NCBI GenBank assembly: GCA_017853275.1
Contig: JAFMJV010000009.1
Span: 6,787-70,786, forward strand
Direction: 5' to 3'
Length of the DNA: 64,000 bases
Source: Chloroflexota bacterium
Lineage (GTDB): Bacteria; Chloroflexota; Limnocylindria; Limnocylindrales; CSP1-4
The position numbers and the translations under genes were made by a program. Each line of letters starts with the position of its first letter. Position 1 is the first letter of the stretch. Below, one piece after another: positions 47,383 to 56,616 of the stretch. The notes below the pieces were generated by a model, which was not told where the DNA came from, searched no databases, and worked only from the letters and a program-made list of their open reading frames with translations.

Positions 47383-49270
47383 CAGAAGCGGGACCCGGAA
47401 CACGCGCGGACCCCGGAGGCCGATGCGGCGTGGGCCGAACGAGTCGGGCTCCTTCCATCCGGTCGATCCGGCGCAGCGGGGCGCGATCGAGATCCCCGCG
47501 TCGATCACCGTCAAGGAGCTCGCGGAGCTCGTCGGGGTCAACCCGGCGGACATCATCCGGGAGCTGATCAAGAGCGGGATCTTCGCGACCATCAACCAGG
47601 CGATCGACCGCGACACGGCGAGCCTCGTCACCACGGACCTCGGATACGAGGTCTCCGAGACGGTGGCGGACTCCCAGGCCGCGGAGGGCGGGGGAGAGGT
47701 CCCGCAGGAGCCGACCGGGCGCGAGGAGATCATGGAGGGGGACGATCCCACCCGGGTCGTCACGCGCGCTCCGATCGTCACCGTGATGGGTCACGTGGAC
47801 CACGGCAAGACGAGCCTCCTCGACGCGATCCGCAAGACCTCGGTCGCGGCGGGCGAGAAGGGCGGCATCACCCAGGGGATCGGCGCGAGCGAGGTCGAGC
47901 ACAACGGCCGCCCGCTCGTCTTCCTCGACACGCCGGGCCACGAGGCCTTCACGGCGATGCGTGCGCGCGGCGCGAAGGTGACGGATATCGCCGTCCTCGT
48001 CGTGGCGGCGGATGACGGGGTCATGCCCCAGACCGCAGAGGCGATCGACCATGCGCGCGCGGCGCGGGTCCCGATCGTCGTCGCCCTGAACAAGATGGAC
48101 AAGCCGGACGCGAACCCGGACCGCGTGAAGACGGAGCTCTCGGAGCACGGCGTCTACATCGAGGAGTACGGCGGTGAGACGCCGCTCGTCGCGGTGAGCG
48201 CGAAGTCCGGCATGGGCATCGACGACCTGCTCGAGACGATCCTCATCACCTCGGACGCGCTCGTCGACCCCAAGGCCGACCCCAAGCGCGACGCGGTCGG
48301 GACGATCATCGAGGCGGAGCTGGACAAGGGCCGCGGCGCGGTCGCCTCCGTCCTCGTCCAGACCGGCACCCTGCGCGTCGGGGACGTCGTCGTCGTGGGC
48401 GAGACCTTCGGCAAGGTCCGCGCTCTCGAGGACAGCCACGGCAAGCGGCTCCCCAAGGCGGGTCCCTCGTCCGCGGTGATCCTGCTCGGCCTCTCCGAGG
48501 TCCCGGCGGCGGGGGACATCCTGCGCGTCGTGGCGGACGAGAAGGCAGCCCGGGCGATCGTCGAGGAGCGGAAGCTCAAGGCGGCCGGGCGGAGCGAGGG
48601 GACCGGGCGTGCCACGCTCGAGGACCTCTACCGCCAGATCCAGGCCGGCCAGACGAAGGAGCTGCGGGTCATCCTCAAGGCGGATGTCCAGGGTTCGCTC
48701 GGCGCCGTCACCCATGCGCTCGATCAGATCCAGACGGACGGGGTCCGGATCAACGTCCTCCACCAGGGGACGGGCGACATCACGGACAACGACATCAACC
48801 TCGCGTCCGCCTCGGACGCGGTCGTCGTCGGCTTCAACACGAAGCTCGTGGGGACGGCCCGGCGCTCGGCGGAGGCCGAGGGCGTCGAGGTCCGCCTCTA
48901 CGACATCATCTACAAGCTGAGCGAGGAGATGGAGGCCGCCCTCCGCGGCATGCTCGAGCCGGAGGAGGTCGAGGTCGTCGAGGGCCGCGCGGAGGTCCGC
49001 CAGGTCTTCCGCGTCGGGAAGAGCACGGCGATCGCCGGCTCGTACGTCACGGACGGCCGGATCGTCCGCGGCGGTGCCCGCGTCTACCGCAACGGCAAGC
49101 TGATCGCCACGGACCGGATCGACTCCGTGCGCCGCTTCCGGGATGACGTGCGCGAGGTCGCCACCGGGTTCGAGTGCGGGATCGGCCTCTCCGGCTTCCA
49201 CGCGCTCGAGGAGGGCGACATCATCGAGTGCTTCACGACGCAGATGGTCGCCCGCGCCGCGAGGTCCTGA
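47372..49270 (+). CDS. infB: translation initiation factor IF-2
   Basis: [13 protein letters not shown]-domain, short N-terminal region. ATG 47372 after GGGAGG 47361-47366. Confidence 0.94.
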   Translation: MARSRSGTRNTRGPRRPMRRGPNESGSFHPVDPAQRGAIEIPASITVKELAELVGVNPADIIRELIKSGIFATINQAIDRDTASLVTTDLGYEVSETVADSQAAEGGGEVPQEPTGREEIMEGDDPTRVVTRAPIVTVMGHVDHGKTSLLDAIRKTSVAAGEKGGITQGIGASEVEHNGRPLVFLDTPGHEAFTAMRARGAKVTDIAVLVVAADDGVMPQTAEAIDHARAARVPIVVALNKMDKPDANPDRVKTELSEHGVYIEEYGGETPLVAVSAKSGMGIDDLLETILITSDALVDPKADPKRDAVGTIIEAELDKGRGAVASVLVQTGTLRVGDVVVVGETFGKVRALEDSHGKRLPKAGPSSAVILLGLSEVPAAGDILRVVADEKAARAIVEERKLKAAGRSEGTGRATLEDLYRQIQAGQTKELRVILKADVQGSLGAVTHALDQIQTDGVRINVLHQGTGDITDNDINLASASDAVVVGFNTKLVGTARRSAEAEGVEVRLYDIIYKLSEEMEAALRGMLEPEEVEVVEGRAEVRQVFRVGKSTAIAGSYVTDGRIVRGGARVYRNGKLIATDRIDSVRRFRDDVREVATGFECGIGLSGFHALEEGDIIECFTTQMVARAARS

Positions 49271-49273
49271 CGC

Positions 49274-49771
49274 GTGAGCGAGCGGACGGAGCGTCTCGAC
49301 CAGCTCTTCGCGGAGGAGATCTCCGCGATCATCGCGCGGGAGATCGCCGATCCCCGGATCGGCTTCGTCACCGTCACGAAGGTCGATGTCGCCCCGGACC
49401 TCCGCCACGCCACGGTCTGGGTCTCCATCATCGGCGACGAGGCAGCCCAGACCGCCTCGCTCCGGGCGCTCGGACGGGCGATGCCCTTCGTCCGCGCCCG
49501 GCTCGGGCGGCTCCATCTCAAGCGGATCCCGGAGCTCCACCTGCGCCACGACGATTCGGTCGAGCGGGGGACGCGCGTCCTCCGTCTCATCGAGGAGATC
49601 GAGGATGGTGCGGCAGTGGAGAGCGTCCCCGACCTTGCGGCGCTCCCGGCCCCGGTGACCGCTCGCGGGGTCCCCACGCCCCGCCCCGAGCGCCGGCGTC
49701 GATCGACCGCCACCCCCGGGGACGGGAAGAGCGCGCCGCGCCGCCGGGCGGGAGGTCGTGATGCGCGCTGA
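49274..49771 (+). CDS. rbfA: ribosome-binding factor A
   Basis: RTERLDQLFAEEISAIIAREIADPRIGFVTVTKVDVAPDLRHATVWVS, with a basic C-terminal extension. Confidence 0.9.
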   Translation: MSERTERLDQLFAEEISAIIAREIADPRIGFVTVTKVDVAPDLRHATVWVSIIGDEAAQTASLRALGRAMPFVRARLGRLHLKRIPELHLRHDDSVERGTRVLRLIEEIEDGAAVESVPDLAALPAPVTARGVPTPRPERRRRSTATPGDGKSAPRRRAGGRDAR

Positions 49772-50819
49772 GGCCGCGCGTCCCGCACCCGGCCTCCACG
49801 CCCTCACCGAGGCGGACCTCGCGTCCGTGCCCGCGGCGGTCGTGGAACGGCTGCGCTCGGCGCACCGGATCCTGACCGTCTGTCACCGCGATCCCGAGGC
49901 GGATGCGCTCGGATCGGCGCTCGGCCTTGCGCTCGCGCTCGAGGAGATGGGGAAGCTCGCCACCCCGGTCTGCACGGACCCGGTGCCGGCGATGTACGAC
50001 TTCATGCCCGAGATCGGCCGCTTCCGCCGGGATCCGGATCCCTCCGTCGATTACGACCTCATCGTCGTGGGCGATTGCGGCGAGCTCGACCGGGTCGGGG
50101 CCGTCCGCGAGCGGCACGCGGAGCTCTTCGGGCGCGTCCCGATCGTGGATATCGACCACCACGGATCGAATACCGGGTTCGGGGTGGTGGACTGGATCGA
50201 CCCCCAGGCGGCCGCCACCTGCGAGATGGTCACCCTTCTCCTGCCGCACCTCGGTCTCCCGGTGGATGCGCGTGGCGGGACGATCGCCGAGGACCTCCTC
50301 GCGGGAGTCGTCATCGATACCGCGACCTTCCAGCACCCGAACACGACGCCGCGGACCCTGCGGGTCGGAGCGGAGCTGCGCGCCGCCGGGGCGCCGCTGG
50401 CGGAGATCTCGCGCCGGATCTACCGCACGAAGCCGACGGCGCAGCTGCGGCTCTTCGGGATCGTCCTCGGCCGTCTCGAGACGGCGATGGAGGGACGTCT
50501 CGTCTGGTCGGTCCTCGCGGACGATGACTTCCGCGTGGCTGAGGCCGTGCCGGAGATGTCCGAGGGCCTCATCGACCTCCTCGCGCAGGCCGACCGGGGA
50601 GCGGTCGCGATCCTCTTCAAGGACCAGGGGAGCCGGACGCGGATCAGCGTGCGCACCAAGGACGGCGGGGTGGATGCGATCGCGCTCACCGGCCGCTTCG
50701 GCGGCGGCGGTCATTCCCGGGCCGCGGGGGCCACGATCGACGAGCCCCTCTCCATCGCGCGCCCGCTCGTCCTCGCGCAGGCGGAGCGATTGATCGCCGA
50801 GCTCGGGGAGACGCGATGA
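49761..50819 (+). CDS. nrnA: DHH/DHHA1 phosphoesterase (NrnA-like oligoribonuclease / pAp phosphatase)
   Basis: HRDPEADALGS, DIDHHGSN, GGGGHSRAAGA motifs. ATG 49761 lies 5 nt after GGAGG (ORF-track GTG 49758). Confidence 0.85.
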   Translation: MRAEAARPAPGLHALTEADLASVPAAVVERLRSAHRILTVCHRDPEADALGSALGLALALEEMGKLATPVCTDPVPAMYDFMPEIGRFRRDPDPSVDYDLIVVGDCGELDRVGAVRERHAELFGRVPIVDIDHHGSNTGFGVVDWIDPQAAATCEMVTLLLPHLGLPVDARGGTIAEDLLAGVVIDTATFQHPNTTPRTLRVGAELRAAGAPLAEISRRIYRTKPTAQLRLFGIVLGRLETAMEGRLVWSVLADDDFRVAEAVPEMSEGLIDLLAQADRGAVAILFKDQGSRTRISVRTKDGGVDAIALTGRFGGGGHSRAAGATIDEPLSIARPLVLAQAERLIAELGETR

Positions 50820-51817
50820 GCGAGACCGAAGAGCGCCCGGAGGGCCGGGGCCCGCGCGATGGCGCGCGTCCGCCCTTCCGCCGGGAGCCGCGCCCGATCG
50901 TCCGGATGGACGGGATCATCGTGGTGGGGAAGCCCGCCGGGCCCACCTCCCATGATGTGGTCGCGATCGTCCGCCGGCTGACGAGCGTCCGTCGTGTCGG
51001 TCATGGCGGGACCCTCGACCCCTTCGCCTCCGGCGTCCTTCCCGTCTTCCTCGGCGGCGCGACGCGGATGGTGGAGTACCACCTCTCGGACGAGAAGGCC
51101 TACCGCGCGGTCATCGTCCTCGGTGCGGCGAGCACGACGGACGACCGGGATGGCGAGCTGACACGCTCCGAGGCGCCGCTGCCGGACCGCGCCGCGGTGG
51201 AGGACGCCCTCGGTGCCTTCCGTGGCCGGATCTCCCAGGTCCCGCCGGATCACAGCGCGGTCCATGTGGGAGGGCGGCGCGCCTACGAGCTGGCGCGGGG
51301 CGGCGGGAAGCCGGAGCTGACGCCACGCGAGGTGACGATCCATGAGCTGAGCGTCCGGGACTGGGACGTGCGCGATCCGGAGCGGCCGGCCGTGACCGTG
51401 GATGTGCGCTGCTCGGCGGGCACGTATATCCGGGCGATCGCCCGGGACCTCGGCGCCGCGCTCGGGTGTGGCGGCTACCTCGGCGCGCTCACGCGCACCG
51501 CAAGCGGGCCCTTCCGGCTCGAGGACGCCTATCCCCTGGAGACGGTGCGCGAGCGGCTCGCGACCGGACGGGTGCGGGAGATCCTCCTCCCGGCGGATAC
51601 CGGGCTCGATGCGTGGCCGCGCGTCGCGCCGGGTGCGGAGGACCTGACGGCCCTGCTCCGCGGCCAGGTCGTCCGGCTCCGCGGTGCGAACCTCCCCGAG
51701 CCGGGACCCGGCGGTCTCGTGCGGGTCGTGGACCCCGCGGGGATCTGCGTGGCGATGGCGCGCGTGGACGCGGGCCGCCTCCATCCCGAGAAGGTCCTCG
51801 GCGTCCCGGGCGAGTGA
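50816..51817 (+). CDS. truB: tRNA pseudouridine(55) synthase
   Basis: GIIVVGKPAGPTSHDVV, GHGGTLDPFASGVL catalytic Asp, PUA-like C-terminus. Confidence 0.93.
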   Translation: MSETEERPEGRGPRDGARPPFRREPRPIVRMDGIIVVGKPAGPTSHDVVAIVRRLTSVRRVGHGGTLDPFASGVLPVFLGGATRMVEYHLSDEKAYRAVIVLGAASTTDDRDGELTRSEAPLPDRAAVEDALGAFRGRISQVPPDHSAVHVGGRRAYELARGGGKPELTPREVTIHELSVRDWDVRDPERPAVTVDVRCSAGTYIRAIARDLGAALGCGGYLGALTRTASGPFRLEDAYPLETVRERLATGRVREILLPADTGLDAWPRVAPGAEDLTALLRGQVVRLRGANLPEPGPGGLVRVVDPAGICVAMARVDAGRLHPEKVLGVPGE

Positions 51818-52383
51818 TGCGGGTCGTTCCGGGGATCGCAGCGCTCGAGGCGGGGATCCCGTTCGTTGCCGCGATCGGTGTCTTCGACGGCGTCCATCTC
51901 GGTCACCGGGGCCTGATCGGGCGGCTCGTGGCCACGGCACGCGAGGTGGGCGCCACGCCCCTCGTCGTCACCTTCGACCCGCACCCCCAGCTCCTCCTCT
52001 CCGGGCGCACCCCGGAGCTCCTGTGCAGCGTGGAGGAGCGCGTCCGGCGCCTCGGCGCGCTCGGGGTGGAGATCGTCGTCGTGGAGCCGTTCACGACGGA
52101 GCTGCGCATGCTGAGCGCGGATGCCTTCCTCGACCGGCTCGCGGCGGGCCGGGATCTGCGCGGGCTCGTCCTCTCGCCGGAGTCCGGCTTCGGCCACGAC
52201 CGGGGTGGCACCCTCACCGGGCTCGCTCCGCGGGCGGCCCGTGACGATTGGCGCCTGGAGGCAGCACCGCTCGTGGAGGTGGATGGCACGCGGGTCTCGA
52301 GCCGGCGGATCCGGGCGCTCCTGGATGCCGGTGACCGGGCCGCGGCCGAGGCGCTTCTGGGTGGGACTCCGAGGGAGACCTGA
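51817..52383 (+). CDS. ribF: FMN adenylyltransferase (FAD synthetase) domain protein; RibF lacking the riboflavin kinase half
   Basis: GVFDGVHLGH and VSSRRIR motifs of the RibF N-terminal domain. Only about 189 aa. The stop at 52383 is followed 78 nt later by rpsO. GTG 51814 or ATG 51817. Confidence 0.8.
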   Translation: MRVVPGIAALEAGIPFVAAIGVFDGVHLGHRGLIGRLVATAREVGATPLVVTFDPHPQLLLSGRTPELLCSVEERVRRLGALGVEIVVVEPFTTELRMLSADAFLDRLAAGRDLRGLVLSPESGFGHDRGGTLTGLAPRAARDDWRLEAAPLVEVDGTRVSSRRIRALLDAGDRAAAEALLGGTPRET

Positions 52384-52391
52384 GGCCTCGC

Positions 52392-52419
52392 TGGACAAAC
52401 AGGACGCGTGTGCTATCCT
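52392..52419 (+). promoter_or_regulatory. candidate sigma70-type rpsO promoter: TGGACA-N16-TATCCT with extended TG
   Basis: TGGACA at 52392-52397, TGCTATCCT at 52411-52419. About 35-nt leader to GTG 52461. Confidence 0.55.
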
Positions 52420-52460
52420 CCTCGGGTTAGACCACAGGAAATGGATGGTTGGAGGACCAG

Positions 52461-52730
52461 GTGCCGCTGACGCGGGAGACGAAGGACAAGGTCATCACGG
52501 ACTATGCGACCGTCGAGGGTGACACCGGGTCGCCCGAGGTCCAGATCGCGCTTCTCACGGAGCGGATCACCGGACTCACGGAGCATCTCCGGGCCTTCCC
52601 CAAGGATCACCACTCGCGCCGCGGACTCCTCAAGCTCGTGGGCCAGCGCCGCCGGCTCCTCGCGTATCTCATGCGCAAGGACAACGACCGGTATCGCACG
52701 GTCATCGCACGGCTCGGTCTGCGCCGCTAG
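52461..52730 (+). CDS. rpsO: 30S ribosomal protein S15
   Basis: [33 protein letters not shown] 52461 after GGAGGA 52451-52456. Confidence 0.94.
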   Translation: MPLTRETKDKVITDYATVEGDTGSPEVQIALLTERITGLTEHLRAFPKDHHSRRGLLKLVGQRRRLLAYLMRKDNDRYRTVIARLGLRR

Positions 52731-52742
52731 CTGACGCGGCAC

Positions 52743-52783
52743 GCGGCCGCCCGGAGCGGCCGCCAGGACCCGATCCGGGTCCT
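52743..52783 (+). terminator. tandem GC-rich hairpins after rpsO (partial terminator / processing site ahead of pnp)
   Basis: GCGGCCGC-ccgga-GCGGCCGC (52743-52763) and AGGACCCG-atc-CGGGTCCT (52765-52783). No clear U-tract. Confidence 0.4.
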
Positions 52784-52826
52784 CTCGGGCGTCCGCCCGG
52801 GATGACCGACGGGCAAGGTCCGTCCT

Positions 52827-52842
52827 TCCTCCGCATGGAGGA
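52827..52842 (+). promoter_or_regulatory. hairpin pairing an anti-SD (TCCTCC) with the pnp SD (GGAGGA)
   Basis: TCCTCC-gcat-GGAGGA; the SD ends 3 nt before ATG 52846. Confidence 0.4.
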
Positions 52843-52845
52843 CAG

Positions 52846-55434
52846 ATGACGGTCACCACTCTCACGACCGAGTTCGGCGGTCGCACCCTCACGATCGAGA
52901 CGGGACGCATGGCGCGTCTCGCCGGCGGATCGGTGATGGTCCGCTATGGCGACACGGTCGTCCTCGGCGCGGCGAACCGCTCGGACCCGCGGCCCGGGCT
53001 TGACTTCTTCCCGCTCACCGTCGACTTCGAGGAGCGGATGTACGCCGCGGGCAAGATCCCCGGCGGCTTCATCAAGCGCGAGGGACGTGCCTCGGAGGCG
53101 GCGATCCTCGCAGCCCGCCTGACGGATCGCCCGATCCGCCCGCTCTTCCCCGAGGGCTACAAGGACGACGTGCAGATCGTCCTCACCGTCCTCTCCACGG
53201 ACCAGGAGAACGACCCGGACATCATCGGGACGATCGCCGCGTCCGCCGCGCTCACGATCAGCGAGATCCCCTTCCTCGGCCCGATCGGCGCCGTGCGGGT
53301 CGGCCGGATCGACGGTGAGCTCGTCCTCAACCCCACCTGGAGCCAGCTCGCCGAGTCGGAGCTCGACCTCGTCGTCTCCGGCACGCGGGACGCGATCATG
53401 ATGGTCGAGGCCGGGGCGAAGATCCTCCCCGAGGCCGTCATGGCCGAGGCGATCATCTTCGGTCACCGCTCCCTCGCGGCGATCATCGATCTCCAGGAGG
53501 AGCTGCGCGCCAAGGTCGGCAAGCCGAAGCGCACCCCCTACATCGAGCCCTCGACCGACTCGGTCGTCGATCTTCTCGATGCGCTCGCCGCCAAGCGCGA
53601 GCTCGTCGTCTTCGACGTCGAGACCACCTCCCGGGACGTGAAGCTCGGCGAGCTCGTCGAGATCGGCGCCGTGCGCATCAAGGGCGGCAAGGTCGCCGAC
53701 CGCTGGAGCACGCTCGTCAAGCCCGCGCGCGGGATCGTCGGAGCGCAGCTCCACGGCCTCACGGAGAAGGACGTCGCCAAGGCGCCGTCTCCGGCCGAGG
53801 CGGCCCGCACCTTCATGGACTGGGCCGGGGACGCGATCCTCGTCGGGCACAACGTCGGCTTCGACATCTCCTTCATCGAGGCGGCGCTCGCGGACGGCAC
53901 CCGGATCGGGCAGGGCCGGTATCTCGATACGCTCGTCCTGTCGCGGGAGGTCTACCCGGACCAGGACGCCTACAAGCTCGGTGACCTGATCCGCTTCTTC
54001 GGCCTCACGCCGGAGCCGAACCATCGCGCCCTCCCGGACGCGGAGGCCACGGCGGCGCTCCTCCTCCGGATGGCCGGGGAGCTCCCCGCGCGGGCCAAGG
54101 CCTACACGGACGCGGTCGCGGGCTCGATCCGCTCCCGCGCCAAGGGTGGGGATGGCTCGGCCGCGGACAAGGCGCTCGACGCCGCCAAGGTGGCCTCGGG
54201 CTTCTCGAAGAACCTCGCCACGCTCCTCCACAAGAAGGTCGTGCGCGAGCTCGTCCTCTCCGAGGGCGTCCGGATGGACGGCCGGGACACGGCGACGATC
54301 CGGCCGATCTCGATCGAGACGGGTCTCCTCCCGCGCGCCCACGGGTCCGCGCTCTTCACCCGCGGGCAGACCCAGGCGCTCACGGTCGCAACGCTCGGCC
54401 CGTCCTCGGACGTCCAGCGGATCGACACGATCAGCCCCCGGGACAGCAAGCGCTACCTCCACCACTACAACATGCCCCCGTACAGCACCGGCGAGAACAA
54501 GCCGATGCGCGGTCCGGGCCGGCGCGAGATCGGGCACGGTGCGCTCGCGGAGCGCGCCCTCATCCCGGTCCTCCCGACCCAGGAGGAGTTCCCGTACGTC
54601 ATCCGCCTCGTCTCGGAGTGCGTGACGTCGAACGGCTCCACCTCGATGGCCTCGACCTGTGGCTCCACCCTCGCGCTCATGGATGCCGGTGTGCCGATCA
54701 AGGCACCGGTCGCGGGCGCGGCGATGGGGCTCGTCACGGACGGCGATCGCTTCGAGGTCCTCACGGACATCCTCGGCAAGGAGGATGCCTTCGGTGACAT
54801 GGACTTCAAGGTGACCGGCACCGCGGAGGGGATCACCGCCCTCCAGATGGACATCAAGGTCCTGGGCATCAACGAGGCGATCATCCGCGACGGGCTGGAG
54901 AAGGCGCGCGTGGCGCGGCTCTTCATCCTCGACCGGATGCTGGACACCCTGCCGGAGGCGCGCACGGAGATGAGCGCCTACGCCCCGCGGATCATCACGA
55001 TCAAGATCAACCCCGAGCGGATCCGGGACATCATCGGCAAGGGTGGCGCGATGATCCGCAAGATCCAGGAGGAGACCGGAACGGAGATCAACGTCGAGGA
55101 CGACGGCAGCGTCGAGATCGCGGCGGTGAACTCCGAGAACTCCCGGAAGGCGATCCAGTGGATCGAGAGCCTGACCCGGGACGTCGAGGTCGGCTCGCTC
55201 TACCTGGGCAAGGTGACCCGGATCATGGGCTTCGGCGCCTTCGTCGAGATCCTCCCCGGCAAGGAAGGGCTCGTGCGCATCGGCGAGCTCGCCGACTACC
55301 ACGTCCCGACCGTCGAGGATGTCGTCTCGGTGGGTGACGAGATCATGGTCGTCGTCATGGAGATCGACCGCCAGGGTCGTGTCAACCTCTCGCGCAAGGC
55401 CGCGATGCAGCGGCACCTCGCGAAGGGGAGCTGA
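52846..55434 (+). CDS. pnp: polynucleotide phosphorylase with an inserted DEDDh exonuclease domain
   Basis: 862 aa. RNase PH1, split alpha-helical linker, RNase PH2 (SNGSTSMASTCG, GDMDFKVTGT, LQMDIK), KH (GKGGAMIRKI), S1 (GFGAFVEILPGKEGLV). An extra ~160 aa sits between the PH domains. Confidence 0.95.
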   Translation: MTVTTLTTEFGGRTLTIETGRMARLAGGSVMVRYGDTVVLGAANRSDPRPGLDFFPLTVDFEERMYAAGKIPGGFIKREGRASEAAILAARLTDRPIRPLFPEGYKDDVQIVLTVLSTDQENDPDIIGTIAASAALTISEIPFLGPIGAVRVGRIDGELVLNPTWSQLAESELDLVVSGTRDAIMMVEAGAKILPEAVMAEAIIFGHRSLAAIIDLQEELRAKVGKPKRTPYIEPSTDSVVDLLDALAAKRELVVFDVETTSRDVKLGELVEIGAVRIKGGKVADRWSTLVKPARGIVGAQLHGLTEKDVAKAPSPAEAARTFMDWAGDAILVGHNVGFDISFIEAALADGTRIGQGRYLDTLVLSREVYPDQDAYKLGDLIRFFGLTPEPNHRALPDAEATAALLLRMAGELPARAKAYTDAVAGSIRSRAKGGDGSAADKALDAAKVASGFSKNLATLLHKKVVRELVLSEGVRMDGRDTATIRPISIETGLLPRAHGSALFTRGQTQALTVATLGPSSDVQRIDTISPRDSKRYLHHYNMPPYSTGENKPMRGPGRREIGHGALAERALIPVLPTQEEFPYVIRLVSECVTSNGSTSMASTCGSTLALMDAGVPIKAPVAGAAMGLVTDGDRFEVLTDILGKEDAFGDMDFKVTGTAEGITALQMDIKVLGINEAIIRDGLEKARVARLFILDRMLDTLPEARTEMSAYAPRIITIKINPERIRDIIGKGGAMIRKIQEETGTEINVEDDGSVEIAAVNSENSRKAIQWIESLTRDVEVGSLYLGKVTRIMGFGAFVEILPGKEGLVRIGELADYHVPTVEDVVSVGDEIMVVVMEIDRQGRVNLSRKAAMQRHLAKGS
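53593..54081 (+). other. DnaQ/epsilon-like DEDDh 3'-5' exonuclease domain nested in PNPase (residues ~250-412)
   Basis: Exo I VVFDVETT (D257 nt 53614, E259 nt 53620). Exo II GHNVGFDISF (D340 nt 53863). Exo III HRALPDAEA (H393 nt 54022, D398 nt 54037). Same reading frame as pnp on both sides. Confidence 0.85.
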
Positions 55435-55460
55435 CCGGCTCTCTCCCAGCGTCAAGGTGA

Positions 55461-55495
55461 CGAACGCCCCGCCGGCCGGCGGGGCGTTCGGCTTT
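55461..55495 (+). terminator. intrinsic terminator after pnp
   Basis: 13-bp perfect stem CGAACGCCCCGCC-ggcc-GGCGGGGCGTTCG followed by GCTTT. Confidence 0.6.
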
Positions 55496-55518
55496 CCGGG
55501 CGGGACGGGGTGCCGGTG

Positions 55519-55524
55519 TATCAT
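55519..55524 (+). promoter_or_regulatory. candidate -10 box TATCAT for a leaderless asd mRNA
   Basis: 9 nt upstream of ATG 55534, downstream of the pnp terminator. Confidence 0.4.
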
Positions 55525-55533
55525 CCGCCGCGT

Positions 55534-56616
55534 ATGGAGCCCTCCCGAAACCCTGCTGCGGCCCTCGGCCGCCCCCTCACCGTCGCCGTCGTCGGCGCCA
55601 CCGGACTCGTGGGACGGACGATGATCTCCGTCCTCGAGGAGCGTTCCTTCCCGGTCGGGACGCTCGTCCCCCTCGCCTCGCGGGCGGACGGACGGACGCT
55701 GCGCTTCGCCGGCCGCGAGTGGCCGGTGCGGGAGGCGACCCCGGATGCCTTCGCCGGGGTGGATATCGCCCTCTTCTCCGCCGGCGGCTCGGTCTCCCGG
55801 GACCTGGCACCGGAGGCGGCGAAGCGCGGTGCGGTCGTGGTGGACAACTCCTCGCAGTGGCGGATGGACCCCGGGGTCCCGCTCGTCGTGGCCGGCGTCA
55901 ACGATGAGGACGCTGCGCTCCACGAGGGGATCATCGCCAACCCGAACTGCTCCACGATGCAGCTGATGCCGCTCCTCATGGCCCTCCGCGACGCGGTGGG
56001 CATCGAGCGCGTCGTGGTGGACACCTACCAGGCGGTGAGCGGGACCGGCCAGAAGGCGGTCGCGGAGCTCGAGGGCCAGATCGCCGCGCACGCGGCGGGG
56101 ACGCCCAAGGAGGTCCGGGTCTACCCGCACGCGATCGGCTTCAACGCGCTCCCCCACATCGACGTCTTCCGCGAGGATGGCTACACGAAGGAGGAGTGGA
56201 AGGTCATCGTGGAGTCGCGGAAGATCCTTCATCTGCCGGACCTCCGCGTCTCCTGCACCGCGGTGCGTGTCCCCGTGCTCGCCTCCCATTCCGAGGCGGT
56301 CCACGTGGAGACGCGCGATCCGATCGACGCGGCGCGCGCACGAGCGCTCTTCGCGGCGACGGCCGGCGTCATCGTCGTGGACGACCCGGCGCAGAACCGC
56401 TACCCGCTCGCCACGGATGCGGCGGGGACGGATGAGGTCTACGTGGGCCGGATCCGGAGCGACGTCTCCGTGCCGGACGGCCGAGGCATCGCCTTCTGGG
56501 TCGTGGCGGACAACCTGCGCAAGGGCGCGGCCACGAACGCCGTCCAGGTCGCCGAGCTCGTCGCATCCCGGGGCTGGCTCGTGCCGGCCTCGCGCCGGGG
56601 CAGCCGCCCCGCGTGA
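55534..56616 (+). CDS. asd: aspartate-semialdehyde dehydrogenase
   Basis: VAVVGATGLVG, NPNCSTMQLM active-site Cys. ATG 55534 lies 9 nt after a TATCAT box. Confidence 0.93.
   Translation: MEPSRNPAAALGRPLTVAVVGATGLVGRTMISVLEERSFPVGTLVPLASRADGRTLRFAGREWPVREATPDAFAGVDIALFSAGGSVSRDLAPEAAKRGAVVVDNSSQWRMDPGVPLVVAGVNDEDAALHEGIIANPNCSTMQLMPLLMALRDAVGIERVVVDTYQAVSGTGQKAVAELEGQIAAHAAGTPKEVRVYPHAIGFNALPHIDVFREDGYTKEEWKVIVESRKILHLPDLRVSCTAVRVPVLASHSEAVHVETRDPIDAARARALFAATAGVIVVDDPAQNRYPLATDAAGTDEVYVGRIRSDVSVPDGRGIAFWVVADNLRKGAATNAVQVAELVASRGWLVPASRRGSRPA

Noticed and set aside
52384-52460. Out-of-frame remnant of the riboflavin kinase domain after the short ribF
   Set aside because: Only 78 nt separate ribF from rpsO, and that stretch is occupied by the candidate rpsO promoter. 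No kinase-like translation appears in any frame.
53593-54081. Idea that the pnp insert is an intein or a mobile insertion
   Set aside because: There are no intein splicing motifs: no Cys/Ser/Thr at the N-terminal junction, no His-Asn plus Cys/Ser/Thr at the C-terminal junction, and no homing-endonuclease motifs. No flanking repeats are present. The sequence matches DEDDh exonuclease motifs instead.
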